Shown here: piece by piece, positions 21,105-30,834 of the stretch
How the letters are laid out: every line of letters begins with the position of its first letter
Numbering within the stretch: position 1 is the stretch's first letter
Assembly: GCF_002803295.2 (NCBI RefSeq)
Contig: NZ_PGGB02000001.1
Span: forward strand, 158,810-189,643
DNA: 30,834 bases
DNA from: Caedibacter taeniospiralis
GTDB lineage: Bacteria > Pseudomonadota > Gammaproteobacteria > Francisellales > Francisellaceae
Direction of reading: 5' to 3'
The notes under the pieces: generated by a model
What the model saw: the letters and a program-made list of their open reading frames with translations, nothing else
Databases searched by the model: none
Told to the model about the DNA's origin: nothing
Program-made: the position numbers and the translations under genes

Positions 21105-21323
21105 AGAAAAATTGGCTTAGACAAAATTTTGCCGCAGTCTTCCTGCCTTCGTGGGAATGACAGCGTATCGGTGTGAGTGATAGGTGTCCGTCACACTGAC
21201 GACTCACACTTGGTGATCGGAGGAAACATAGTCACCGCTCTTGTTTTATATAAGTTGCCCAACGTCGCTCGTGTTTTAATGAGGTGACCCTAGGTGGGTT
21301 AGTGCTTTCAAACCGTAAATAAT

Positions 21324-23924
21324 TTAAACGAGCTGTTTTTCAAGCTTATCCAGCGTCATTTTCAGATCATACAGTATGGTCATTGCCTCAATTGGGGTGA
21401 GCTGATTTGGATCAAGTGCTTTAAGTTTTTCAATCAGAGACTGATAATGACCTGTGTCATTATGATCATCACTTACGGCAGTAAAATCCAGGCTTTGTTG
21501 AATCGGCGCATAAGGATCACTATCACGTGCCTCTAAACGTTTTAAAATCTTTTTAGCATTGCTTAAGACATCTTGTGGCACGCCTGCAAGTTTTGCTACC
21601 TGGATGCCATAACTTTTTGCAGCAGCGCCTGGTTTGGCATGATGCAAGAAGATGATATTATCTTTATGTTCAGTGGCTTCAAAGTGGATGTTTTCAAGAT
21701 TTGAATATTGCGCAGCAAGATGTGTCAGCTCAAAATAATGCGTCGCAAATAAGGTATAGGCTTCAATCTTCAAAAGCTTTTCCGCGCACGCCATAGCAAG
21801 GGCTAAGCCATCAAAGGTGCTCGTTCCTCTGCCGATTTCATCCATAAGCACCAGGCTCTTAGCGGTGGCATGTCGCAAAATATGCGCGCACTCGGTCATT
21901 TCCACCATAAAGGTTGAGCGACCTGAGCTTATATCATCAGAGGCGCCGATGCGCGTATAAATGGCGTCAACCTCGCCGATTAGGGCTTCTTTGGCAGGAA
22001 CAAATGAACCGATATGGGTGAGAAAAACAATGTGGGCAATTTGACGCATATACGTTGATTTTCCGCCCATATTGGGACCGGTAATAATTTGTAGATGCTT
22101 GCTATCATTAAGTACGCTATCGTTGGCGATAAAGGGTTGTTTGGACAGCGCTTCAATCACTAAATGGCGACCTTGATCAATATGGATGACTTTATCTTTG
22201 GTAAGTCTGGGGCAATGTAGTTTCAAGGTGATGGCGCGTTCAGCCAAATTAGTCAGCACGTCGATTTCGGCGATCGCTTTCGCGGTTTGTTGCAGTTGGG
22301 TATAAAAGCTTAAAATCTTTTCCAGAATTTTTTGATATAGATCTTTTTCATAGGCTAATGCCTTTTCGGCACTGCTTAGGATTTTATCTTCAAAGGATTT
22401 TAACTCTGGCGTGATATAACGTTCGGCATTTTTAAGTGTCTGGCGACGCGCGTAATCCACAGGCAGCTCAAACGTATGAGCTTTCGAGATTTCAATATAA
22501 AATCCATGGACTTTGTTGTAGTTCACTTTAAGGCTGTTAATGCCTGTTCTTTGGCGCTCCTGCTGTTCAAGTCTGATCAGATAATCTCCCGCGTTTTGGC
22601 TAATGTTTCTAAGCTCATCAAGTGCTTGATCAAAGCCTTCCTTGATCACCCCGCCATCTCGAATGGTAATCGGAGGTTCATCAACTATTGCAACGGATAA
22701 TAAATCGACAATTTCAGGCAAGAGACTCAAGTGATGTGCATGTTGTCGAAGTTGTTCATTTTGCTGTCTTGTTTCAACAACGTTTTTCAAGTGAGGTAAG
22801 AGCTGTAACGTCTGACGTAATGCGATCAGATCCTTAGGCTTAGCGCTATTAAGCGCAATGCGTGAGGCAATGCGCTCAATATCCTGAGTTTGTTTTAAAT
22901 GATGCTGGATCTCAGTGATGGCAGATTGTGCCATTAAATCGCGTATTGCATCCTGGCGCATGCGCAATAAAGCATGATCCTTAATCGGTGATTTAAACCA
23001 CTGTTTCAATAAGCGGTGCCCTAGTGCACTTTGACATTGATTCAGTATGGCAAAAAGCGTATGGTTTTGTTTGCCTGCAAGGCTTGTCTCAATCTCAAGG
23101 TTTTTTCGACTGGCTGCATCGATACTTAGTAGAGATTCAACTGCTTCAATGGAAATATTATGTAAGTGCCTGAGTGTTGCTTTTTGTGTATTCTCCAAAT
23201 AGGTTAATAAGGCACCTGCGGCAGATAATGCCAATGGTTTTTTGTTCAGCTCATCATTTAGTACGCCACAGCCAAAGTAGTGCTGGATTAATTTTTTGGC
23301 ACTCATCAGCTGAAATTCCCATTCAGGACGCTGTTGAATTGTAATACTTTCATGGCTTAGGCTTGATTTAATATCGCTGTCCTTTGTGTCACAAACGATC
23401 AATTCTTTGGCTTTCAAACGATGGATCTGATCGATAAGTGTATTGTCTTGTCGGTTCAGTTCCAGTACGCGAAGCTCACCTTGGGTAAACTCCAGGTAGG
23501 CAATGCCAACGCGTGTTTTACTTTCAAAGACGGACATTAAAATGTTGCTGTCATGACTGTCAGTAAAGTTCTCTTCGGTGACGGTTGCAGGGGTGATGAC
23601 TCTCACGACTTCGCGCGCCACCGGACCTTTATTATCCACATCACCTACTTGCTCACAGATCGCGACACTTAATCCTTGCCTGACTAAGCGTGATAAATAG
23701 TTCTCCGCAGCGTGATAGGGAACCCCTGCCATGGCAATGGGTTCTCCATTAGATTTCCCCCGACTTGTCAGACTGATATCCAGGAGTTTTGCCGCTTGGT
23801 GTGCGTCGTCATAAAAGAGTTCATAAAAATCCCCCATGCGATAAAACAAAAGCGTATCAGGATAGTCAGCTTTAATGTTTAAATATTGTTGCATCATTGG
23901 GGTGTGGGAGACAGCTGTAGACAT
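21324..23924 (-). CDS. mutS: DNA mismatch repair protein MutS
   Basis: [34 protein letters not shown], Walker [54 protein letters not shown]; full length 866 aa. Confidence 0.98.
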   Translation of the reverse strand: MSTAVSHTPMMQQYLNIKADYPDTLLFYRMGDFYELFYDDAHQAAKLLDISLTSRGKSNGEPIAMAGVPYHAAENYLSRLVRQGLSVAICEQVGDVDNKGPVAREVVRVITPATVTEENFTDSHDSNILMSVFESKTRVGIAYLEFTQGELRVLELNRQDNTLIDQIHRLKAKELIVCDTKDSDIKSSLSHESITIQQRPEWEFQLMSAKKLIQHYFGCGVLNDELNKKPLALSAAGALLTYLENTQKATLRHLHNISIEAVESLLSIDAASRKNLEIETSLAGKQNHTLFAILNQCQSALGHRLLKQWFKSPIKDHALLRMRQDAIRDLMAQSAITEIQHHLKQTQDIERIASRIALNSAKPKDLIALRQTLQLLPHLKNVVETRQQNEQLRQHAHHLSLLPEIVDLLSVAIVDEPPITIRDGGVIKEGFDQALDELRNISQNAGDYLIRLEQQERQRTGINSLKVNYNKVHGFYIEISKAHTFELPVDYARRQTLKNAERYITPELKSFEDKILSSAEKALAYEKDLYQKILEKILSFYTQLQQTAKAIAEIDVLTNLAERAITLKLHCPRLTKDKVIHIDQGRHLVIEALSKQPFIANDSVLNDSKHLQIITGPNMGGKSTYMRQIAHIVFLTHIGSFVPAKEALIGEVDAIYTRIGASDDISSGRSTFMVEMTECAHILRHATAKSLVLMDEIGRGTSTFDGLALAMACAEKLLKIEAYTLFATHYFELTHLAAQYSNLENIHFEATEHKDNIIFLHHAKPGAAAKSYGIQVAKLAGVPQDVLSNAKKILKRLEARDSDPYAPIQQSLDFTAVSDDHNDTGHYQSLIEKLKALDPNQLTPIEAMTILYDLKMTLDKLEKQLV

Positions 23925-24092
23925 GTGAGCATTCAGATTGGCAATTGTAAGTGCTCACCATTGTACACGATCAATGAACAAGTTTTAAGAGGAGTTCTTG
24001 AGCTTTGAGAGCCGTGGGCTTTGCGTGCAGCAGGGGGCATGTGAAGCGGACGGGGTGATCTTCACAATAATAGAGTGTGTAACTCCAGTAAA

Positions 24093-25379
24093 TTAAGGAA
24101 GACTTCTTTTCGCTTCGCCAGTATACAACTGGCGTGGACGACCAATTTTCATTTGAGGATCATTGTACATTTCAAGATATTGAGTGATCCAGCCTGAAGT
24201 ACGGGCTAGAGCGAAGATAGGTGTGTACATGTAGGTTGGAACGTTTAGCGCCTTTAAGACAATTCCAGAGTAGAAGTCAACATTAGGGAAAAGCTTTCTC
24301 TCAATAAAATACTGATCGTTCAAAGCGATTTGTTCAAGTTTTTTGGCGATGTGAAGCAGTGGATTATTGCTGTCGCCCATTTGATTCAAAATACTTTCAC
24401 AAGCTTTTTTCATCGCGGTAGCACGTGGATCGGTGTTTTTGTACACGCGATGCCCAAAGCCCATGAGTCTAAATGGATCATCTTTGTCTTTGGCGCGGGA
24501 GATGAACGTATCGATATTGCGAACATCACCAATTTGCTCAAGCATTTTCACAACTGCTTCATTGGCGCCCCCGTGTGCAGCCCCCCATAGAGCTGCAATG
24601 CCTGCAACCATAGCCGCATAGGGATCTGTGCCAGTGGACCCGGCTAATCGCACGGTAGATGTGGAGGCATTTTGCTCGTGATCAGCATGCAGGATGAAAA
24701 TGGTATCCATGGCGCGTGCAGCAAGTGGATCAGGTTGATAATTTTCACTGTCTGCAAACATCATGTACAAGAAGTTTTCAGCATAGGATAACGACTTTTT
24801 AGGTGCTACAAATGGTAGACCGTTGTGGTGGCGGTAGGTCATGGCAACCAAAGTCGGGATGCGTGCAATAATCTTCTCTGCCATCCTGATTTGTTGGACA
24901 GAATCTTTCTTATTCTTCATTGTTTTGTGATTTTCACCAGACATGACGCTTACTGCTGCCATCAATGGCGCCATTGGGTGTGTCTCCTGTGGGAAGGCCT
25001 GGATCACTTCCTCAATATGAGGACAAGCAGGCATCAGCCCAAGAATGGTATTGTTAAAACTTTCGATTTCCTCACTGTCAGGAAGTTTGTCATTTAACAA
25101 TGCGTAGCACAGATTCATATAATCGGATTTCCCCACCCACTCTTCAATCGGATAACCACGGTGCAATAGCACGCCTTGCTCACCATCGATGTAGGTGATT
25201 TTTGACCAGCAGGCCGCGGTTGATAGAAACCCGGGGTCATATGTGAATAGACCTTCTTTAACTAAAGACGATACATCAACGGTTTGTTGACCAAGTACTG
25301 GGGTGTGGATGGGGAGTTCCAGGGATAAATTTTTATGTGGAATGCTTAAAATTGCGGCTTTTGGCATATGAATCTCCAT
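24093..25379 (-). CDS. gltA: Citrate synthase (type II)
   Basis: FTYDPGFLSTAACWSKITYIDGEQGVLLHRGYPIEEWV, LHADHEQNASTSTVRLAGSTGTDPYAAMVAGIAALWGAAHGGANEAV, MGFGHRVYKNTDPRA and FALARTSGWITQYLEM. Confidence 0.97.
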   Translation of the reverse strand: MEIHMPKAAILSIPHKNLSLELPIHTPVLGQQTVDVSSLVKEGLFTYDPGFLSTAACWSKITYIDGEQGVLLHRGYPIEEWVGKSDYMNLCYALLNDKLPDSEEIESFNNTILGLMPACPHIEEVIQAFPQETHPMAPLMAAVSVMSGENHKTMKNKKDSVQQIRMAEKIIARIPTLVAMTYRHHNGLPFVAPKKSLSYAENFLYMMFADSENYQPDPLAARAMDTIFILHADHEQNASTSTVRLAGSTGTDPYAAMVAGIAALWGAAHGGANEAVVKMLEQIGDVRNIDTFISRAKDKDDPFRLMGFGHRVYKNTDPRATAMKKACESILNQMGDSNNPLLHIAKKLEQIALNDQYFIERKLFPNVDFYSGIVLKALNVPTYMYTPIFALARTSGWITQYLEMYNDPQMKIGRPRQLYTGEAKRSLP

Positions 25380-25593
25380 GTTTTGTGAGTCCCTGCTTAA
25401 CTTGGTGCCATTAAGGCTTAAAGCGTATTTGGTCTATGCAGGTAAGTGAATTTATGGGCATATTTAAGCTTATATACCCAGGGTTGTCAAACAAAGACAG
25501 CCGAAGAGTTATGAAGTGTTAGATGACTTTTTAATGTGTTGATTTAAGTAGTGCAATAGTGTCAATAAAGCGGTTGCACGGATATAACTCATT

Positions 25594-25635
25594 AATAAAA
25601 GCGTATGATTCCAGAATAAAAGCGTATGATTCCAG
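25594..25635. repeat. 21-bp perfect tandem direct repeat, 2 copies (aataaaagcgtatgattccag)
   Basis: Identical 21-mers at 25594-25614 and 25615-25635, in the spacer upstream of gltA and downstream of rpoS. Confidence 0.95.
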
Positions 25636-25699
25636 TAAATAACTGGGTAAAGTATTTTGGGGTTAGCTATACAGCGCATGTAAGGGTGGGTAAGCGCTG

Positions 25700-26731
25700 C
25701 TATTTCGAAAATAAATTGGCGTCGATGTCATTCGCTGCAGCGATGACCTTAAGGCGGCGCAGAGCGTCAACCTGGATCTGACGAACACGTTCGCGAGTTA
25801 AACCAATTTGGACCCCTGTTTCCTCTAAGGTCAGAATGTCATGACCCCGTAATCCAAAACGCATAGATAGCACTGAGCGTTGGTTATCACTTAACTCATC
25901 AAGCCAGCGATCAATAAACTGAGCAGCCTTTTGATGCAAGTGAATCTCCTCGGGGTCGCCTGTTTGCTCATCAGCAATGGTTTCTATCATACTGCGGTTA
26001 GAATCATCATAAGCATCATCCAAAGAGTCCATGGGAACCGTGGCATTTAAAATTTTACGAATATCTTCAACAGGGCGGTCGATAAACTCAGCAATTTCTT
26101 CAGGTGACGGTTCATGATTGAGCAGTTTTGTTAGCTCTGTTGCCGCGCGTAGATAAACATTTAGTTCTTTCAATATATGCACGGGGACACGGATAGTGCG
26201 CTGATGATTTAATAATGCGCGCTCAATGTTTTGTCGTATCCACCAGGTGGCATAAGTTGAGAATCGCCAGCCAAGCTCAGGATCAAACTTTTCGACTGCG
26301 CGGATAAGTCCAAGGTTACCTTCAGCTATTAAATCCAGAAAGCTTAAGCTGTTACCTCGAGGTTTATAGCGTTTGGCAATTTTGACAACCAGGCGGAGGT
26401 TGCTTTCTATCATGATATTTTTAGCCTTAGCATCACCTTTTTGCACAAGTTTTGCATAGTAGATCTCTTCATCTTTTGTCAATAAGGGTCTAAAGCCAAT
26501 GTCAAAAAGATACATCCGGGTGGCATCATTATCAACAAGTGAGAAATCCTGGCTATCAGCATCCTGAGTGATAAAAGCAGTGCTGTCATCCTCTGTGGTG
26601 GCATCCAGGTTATTTTCGTCATCACAAACGAAGTCATTGTCCTCTTCAGCTTCGGTATACTTATCTTCAAGTGTTTCTGCAATGATGTGTGGCTTTTTTT
26701 CGGGCTTGCCATGGCTGATTGGTTGTAACAT
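25700..26731 (-). CDS. rpoS: RNA polymerase sigma factor RpoS
   Basis: Sigma-70 regions 1.2-4: [96 protein letters not shown] and [28 protein letters not shown]. It is closer to RpoS than to RpoD in length and motifs. Confidence 0.88.
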   Translation of the reverse strand: MLQPISHGKPEKKPHIIAETLEDKYTEAEEDNDFVCDDENNLDATTEDDSTAFITQDADSQDFSLVDNDATRMYLFDIGFRPLLTKDEEIYYAKLVQKGDAKAKNIMIESNLRLVVKIAKRYKPRGNSLSFLDLIAEGNLGLIRAVEKFDPELGWRFSTYATWWIRQNIERALLNHQRTIRVPVHILKELNVYLRAATELTKLLNHEPSPEEIAEFIDRPVEDIRKILNATVPMDSLDDAYDDSNRSMIETIADEQTGDPEEIHLHQKAAQFIDRWLDELSDNQRSVLSMRFGLRGHDILTLEETGVQIGLTRERVRQIQVDALRRLKVIAAANDIDANLFSK

Positions 26732-27009
26732 GTCTTGTCTCCTTGTGTTTGCTCCTAAAGCATTTAAGTTTAAAGGGCAATGTGAGTGGCTTGCGCTGAT
26801 ATGATTGTTTTGGCGCTACCGTTATTCACATTGTGCTTGTCCTGTATTATTGCAGTAACCGTTAACAACCGAAATAGCTAAAGTGATGATTTTGCTGTGG
26901 GTGATGTCACTGATTATTATCAGATGTTCTTGTAGCTGGTTTGGGGAATTATCCTAGCTTAAGTGGAGGTATGATGACAAGCATGATAGTCAAATTCCGT
27001 ATTTCCAGG

Positions 27010-27034
27010 ATTAACCATAGTCGCCATGGTTAAT
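27010..27034. promoter_or_regulatory. Short perfect inverted repeat (9-bp arms, 7-nt loop) upstream of the sensor kinase gene; possible operator or hairpin
   Basis: attaaccat-agtcgcc-atggttaat; function not demonstrable from sequence. Confidence 0.4.
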
Positions 27035-27108
27035 TTGTATTCATGTGTGATTTGCAATAGACTATGCGAGATTTACTATAACCCGAAATTAGCCCTTAGC
27101 GTGAAATT

Positions 27109-28575
27109 ATGGAAACGACGAATTACTTTAGCTTTCTTAATAACAGGCTGTCGATTCAAAAATTTTTGAGTATTTGTCTTATTTTGTTGATTAGCTGCTC
27201 AATTTTCATTTTAGGTGTTTTTAACTATTACCAGATGCGCCAACAGAATGAGGATCTGTTCAGAATGCAGATGATCAATAGCGCCAATGCGATCGATGCT
27301 TTATTGTCTGCAGCACTAAAAGATAACTCAAAACGTCAGCTTGGCGATCTTTTAGAGTCAAACTCATTGGCGATGCTAGAGAATATCGCGGGAAATTTAA
27401 AGCCAAAGGTAGCACAGTTTGACAATGTTTATAAAGATTCGTTCGCGTTTCAAGTCTATGACCGACGCAGTGGTGATTTGATTTTACATTCGACAGGATC
27501 TCCGAATGTATCGACTTTCCAAAAAGGTGAATCAGACAGTTTTCAAACGGCGAAACTGAAAACCTCACAGGGTACGCAGCTATGGAATATGTTTGGCACC
27601 AATAGTCGTTACCAGCCCTATCGCATTGTTGTTTTGGTGAGCTCGGACTTTAAGCATCAAATGTTTTTAAATCTTTTTCGTAGTGCGTTATGGGATTTGG
27701 TCACTCTGTACATATTCCTGCTGTTTTCAGTTTTTATTGTTGTGCGCCTGGCCCTAAGACCACTATCAGACTATTAGGCGCGCGATTGCGGTTAAGGACC
27801 CAAGAAAGTTGGAGCCGATCGCAATTAAAACTGCGCCACCTGAGGTAATTCCGTTATTAAATCAGTTGAATATTTTATTTCAGAAATTCAGCAAAGTGCT
27901 TGAGCGTGAAAAACGTTTCGCAGGGGATGCTGCGCATGAGTTGAAAACGCCGCTTGCGGCATTAAAAATGCAGGCTGAAGTTGCGTTGAATCTCAATGAC
28001 ATGGATGAGATTAAAAAGAGGATCTCAAATATTATTGCTGGTGCTGATCGGTATTTCTATATCATTGATCAGTTGTTAATATTAAGTCGCTTGGAGCCTG
28101 AGCAGAGTTTACAAGATAAAACGTGTGTCAATTTAAACTTGATTGCAGAAAACCAATTGGCTGATTTGCGCTTTTGGCTCTGGCAAAAGGAATTGATCTG
28201 CAATTTATGCCAAGTAAGCTCATGGCAAAGGTTTATGCCAGTGAGACTTTAATGAATATATTGTTTAGAAATCTTATTGATAATGCCATACGTTACACAC
28301 GCGAAAATGGTCAGGTGATTTTATATAGTTATGTCACTAAAACAGATGTGCTATTTGAAGTGGTTGATAATGGAATTGGAATTGAAGTTGATAAGCAGAA
28401 AAGGATTTTTGATCGTTTTTATCGCGAGGCAGGTACTGGGCAGGTGGGTAGTGGACTTGGGCTTTCCATTGTGAAAGAAATTGTCAGGTTGCACGATGGC
28501 TTTGTTGATGCCAGAACCTCGGAGGGTGGGCAGGGATTGACCATCGATCTTAGGTTTCCGCTAATGAAGTCCTAA
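27109..28575 (+). pseudogene. QseC-like two-component sensor histidine kinase, split by two apparent frameshifts
   Basis: Three consecutive ORFs (27109-27777, 27809-28252, 28174-28575) together encode an N-terminal sensor domain/HAMP region, H-box (FAGDAAHELKTPLAALK), N-box (NILFRNLIDNAIRYT), DNGIGI and GSGLGLSIV. Continuity needs a frame change near 27772 and another in the T-run near 28172-28175. Confidence 0.88.
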
Positions 28576-28624
28576 TTTTTAAAATCGGGGTTGAGCTCAG
28601 TGTCAGTAGGATTAAGCTCAGGAA

Positions 28625-29188
28625 CTATTTCCTTCTTACGTGACTATTATGGATATATATCGTAATGGTATTTGAGGAGAAGGGTTCATCGCTTGCAGTG
28701 GTTCCATGCAGGCTTATTTTGTTTTCCCCAGGAGGCGGGCGGGGAATGTTCCATGTATCGTTTTGATAAACGGCATTGGCTGCTTTATCATTTGCAAAGA
28801 CCATAACCTTTGCTTTCGGGGATAAGGCAGGTGACGTTGTAATAGGAATTAGGGGGTTAAACGTATGAATGTGCGTATTGTTCGCTGGTGAGGTGATTGT
28901 ATTTGCAAGTGTTTTGGGCGGGACTTGAGTTTTTTTTGCTGTATCTGATGTGTTGGTATGCTTGATTAGGGTTTGAGCTTTCGGTGAGCTCTCAACCTTC
29001 TTACTGGGTGTTTGGGTGATGACGTTCATGGTTTCTGTGGAGGTGATTGTCTCATGCCTACCATCCGCTGGGGGGATGTTAGAGATGATGATGTTCCCTT
29101 CCTGAGTGCACTGAAAGCTGTGCGAAACTAGTGGGTTAAAATCCCACCGATGCAATTTCAGATTCGGCATCGTAGCTATGGCAAGAAT
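28625..29188 (-). CDS. Hypothetical Thr/Ser/Pro-rich protein, weak DUF4124-like N-terminal segment, probably missing its true start
   Basis: The reading frame (SHSFQCTQEGNIIISNIPPADG...) is open and continues upstream of the ATG at 29170 (ILAIAT-MPNLKLHRW) to the inferred intron 5' junction; no Shine-Dalgarno seen before 29170. Confidence 0.4.
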   Translation of the reverse strand: MLAIATMPNLKLHRWDFNPLVSHSFQCTQEGNIIISNIPPADGRHETITSTETMNVITQTPSKKVESSPKAQTLIKHTNTSDTAKKTQVPPKTLANTITSPANNTHIHTFNPLIPITTSPALSPKAKVMVFANDKAANAVYQNDTWNIPRPPPGENKISLHGTTASDEPFSSNTITIYIHNSHVRRK

Positions 29189-30834
29189 GTGTGAGGTGAC
29201 TCTAGCATTGAAACGTTGCCGACTAACGTGGCTCTTGACCTAGACAATGGGCGCGAGCAATTAACCAGACCGTAACGAAAGTGAATCCTCGTTAAGTGTC
29301 GTCAATGTCAGCCAGTCAAGTATGCTAGGAGAGACTGGTGTAGGGTGGTTCCGTCGAGCTTTTAGAACGGGAGCGAAGACTGATATTTAAATACGGATTA
29401 ATCTGAATATGAAGTATTTAAGGGAACTCGGCATATAGGGAGTGGTATGGTTAAGAATAGCTTTGCATGGAACAGTGGAGACCTTACCTTGTGATTGACT
29501 AACTCACTTTCTAATCTGCTATATAAGGTGTGCACCGAAGTTAGCGGAAAAGCAAGGATAAGGAGTCGGAGGGGAGCATAGTACCATCGACTGCAAAGAC
29601 AACAAAACTCTGCATAGGGAAGGCTCCCTACTTAAGACATGTTTAATAAGTAAGAGGTATTAAGTGATTGCGAAAGCTATAAACACTCCTGAAAAGATAC
29701 GAGTATTACAGATTAAACTATACCGATCAGCCAAGCCCTAACAAAGGCAGTGCAGGTGTTGATAGACAGACTATTCAATACATAGAGGAAGAGTTAGGTA
29801 TTTTCAATCTACTTGAAAATATTCATTTGCAGTTGAAGTCTAAGAAATATAGACCTCAGCCAGTAAAAAGGGTATTTATACCGAAAACTGATGGCAAAAT
29901 GAGACCTTTAGGAATCCCCACAGTAAGGGATAGAATCGTACAAGCGGCTATGAAAATAGTTATTGAGCCAATATTTGAAGCCAAATTCAAAGACTTCTCA
30001 TATGGGTTTAGACCAAGACGTAGTTGCAAAGATGCGATATTGGAGATCAGAAAGTATATTAACTTTGGGTGCCGTCATGTTGTTGATGCTGATATTAAAG
30101 GTTACTTCGACAATATTGATCACGATAAATTGATTAAATCAGTTAAAACCTCAATATCAGATAGATCGATTATTAAGTTAATAGAGCTATGGCTTAAGTG
30201 TGGAGTTATGGAAGACCTAAACTTCAAAAAGCAAATAACTGGAACGCCACAAGGTGGTGTTATATCACCATTATTAGCTAACATATACCTACACTGGCTA
30301 GATAATCACTGGGAGAAAGCTGAATTAAATAAGCGCCGGTCAAGTGATGCGCATCTAATAAGATATGCCGATGATTTTGTAATTTTATGCAAAAGGAATC
30401 CAGAAATATATTTGGAGAAGGCTAAGCGAGTTTTAACTAAGCTTGGTTTACAATTGCATGAAGATAAAACAAAGATAGTAAATTTAAACAATGACGAGAG
30501 CTTTGATTTTCTAGGCTTCACGTTTAGATATGAATTCAATCGTCAAGTTAAGGTCAACCCTAAAAAGACCGTATTTTACTATCCATCCAAAAAGTCTATG
30601 AAATCCATAAGAGCAAAGTTAAAAGAGGTGATTTCCAAATCACAACACTGTGACTTAACGTGGTTATGCAAGGAGAAACTTAACCCTATTCTCAGAGGAT
30701 GGTGCAATTATTTTATACATGGAAATTCGAGAAAGGAAATCATGAAAGTAGATCGATATTGTACTAAAACATTATGTATTATGCTTAAGAAAAAGCACGC
30801 TAAACATAGCAAGGGATGGAGAGACCATCCACCC
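29189..30834 (+). mobile_element. Group II intron, 5' portion (continues past the window edge)
   Basis: GTGTG-type 5' end (gtgtgaggtgac) followed by ~475 nt of structured non-coding sequence, then a group II intron reverse transcriptase/maturase. The domain V/3' end is outside the window and the exact 5' boundary is inferred. Confidence 0.8.
29664..30834 (+). pseudogene. ltrA: Group II intron-encoded reverse transcriptase/maturase, N-terminal lesion, C-terminus beyond window
   Basis: GTG start at 29664 gives MIAKAINTPEKIRVLQIKLYRSAKP then a TAA stop at 29739. The +1 frame from 29740 gives NKGSAGVDRQTIQYIEEELG...YRPQPVKRVFIPKTDGKMRPLGIPTVRDRIVQAAMKIVIEPIFE...SYGFRPRRSCKDA...VVDADIKGYFDNIDHDKL...GTPQGGVISPLLANIYLH...RYADDFVIL...DFLGFTF...LNPILRGWCNYF, open to the window end. 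Confidence 0.88.

Noticed and set aside
23925-24092. Possible tRNA or small RNA in intergenic spacers (including 5566-5706, 14510-14757, 23925-24092, 26732-27108)
   Set aside because: No T-loop (ggttcraatcc-like) or CCA-end pattern or cloverleaf recognised by eye; tRNAscan-SE/Infernal would be needed for a firm negative.
30430-30480. Suspected additional frameshift in the reverse transcriptase after LTKLG
   Set aside because: Rechecking the bases (gcttggtttacaattgcatgaag) and the antisense ORF translation showed a continuous frame LTKLGLQLHEDKTKIV; no lesion here.
30306-30539. Minus-strand 77-aa ORF in the intron
   Set aside because: Antisense shadow of the reverse transcriptase reading frame, which runs open off the window edge and therefore was not listed in the ORF track.
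1-30834. Novel defence system, CRISPR array, toxin-antitoxin pair, phage or biosynthetic cluster
   Set aside because: All long ORFs correspond to recognisable housekeeping, transport or envelope functions; apart from the group II intron and short repeats no such architecture is present.

Overview
This window looks like an ordinary chromosomal housekeeping segment of a gammaproteobacterium, possibly Legionellales/Coxiella-like (inferred from protein character only). It has disturbed regions at both ends. From left to right it contains: an exact 158-bp tandem repeat beside a 3'-truncated M20 amidohydrolase; a CPA2-type antiporter, lolA and ftsK on the minus strand; an aromatic amino-acid permease (tyrP/mtr-like) and rsmE on the plus strand; yhdP, rng and rlmN on the minus strand; a tight dsbB / RND adaptor / RND permease cluster; an MFS transporter; mutS; gltA; and rpoS. 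These are followed by a QseC-like sensor kinase split over three reading frames, a small Thr/Ser/Pro-rich minus-strand ORF, and the 5' part of a group II intron whose reverse transcriptase is damaged near its N-terminus and which runs off the right edge. I see no CRISPR array, no rRNA, no tRNA and no convincing new defence or biosynthetic system. The most interesting points are the intron and its apparent interruption of the minus-strand ORF, the frameshift decay of the kinase, the left-end repeat/truncation junction, and several small repeats or palindromes.
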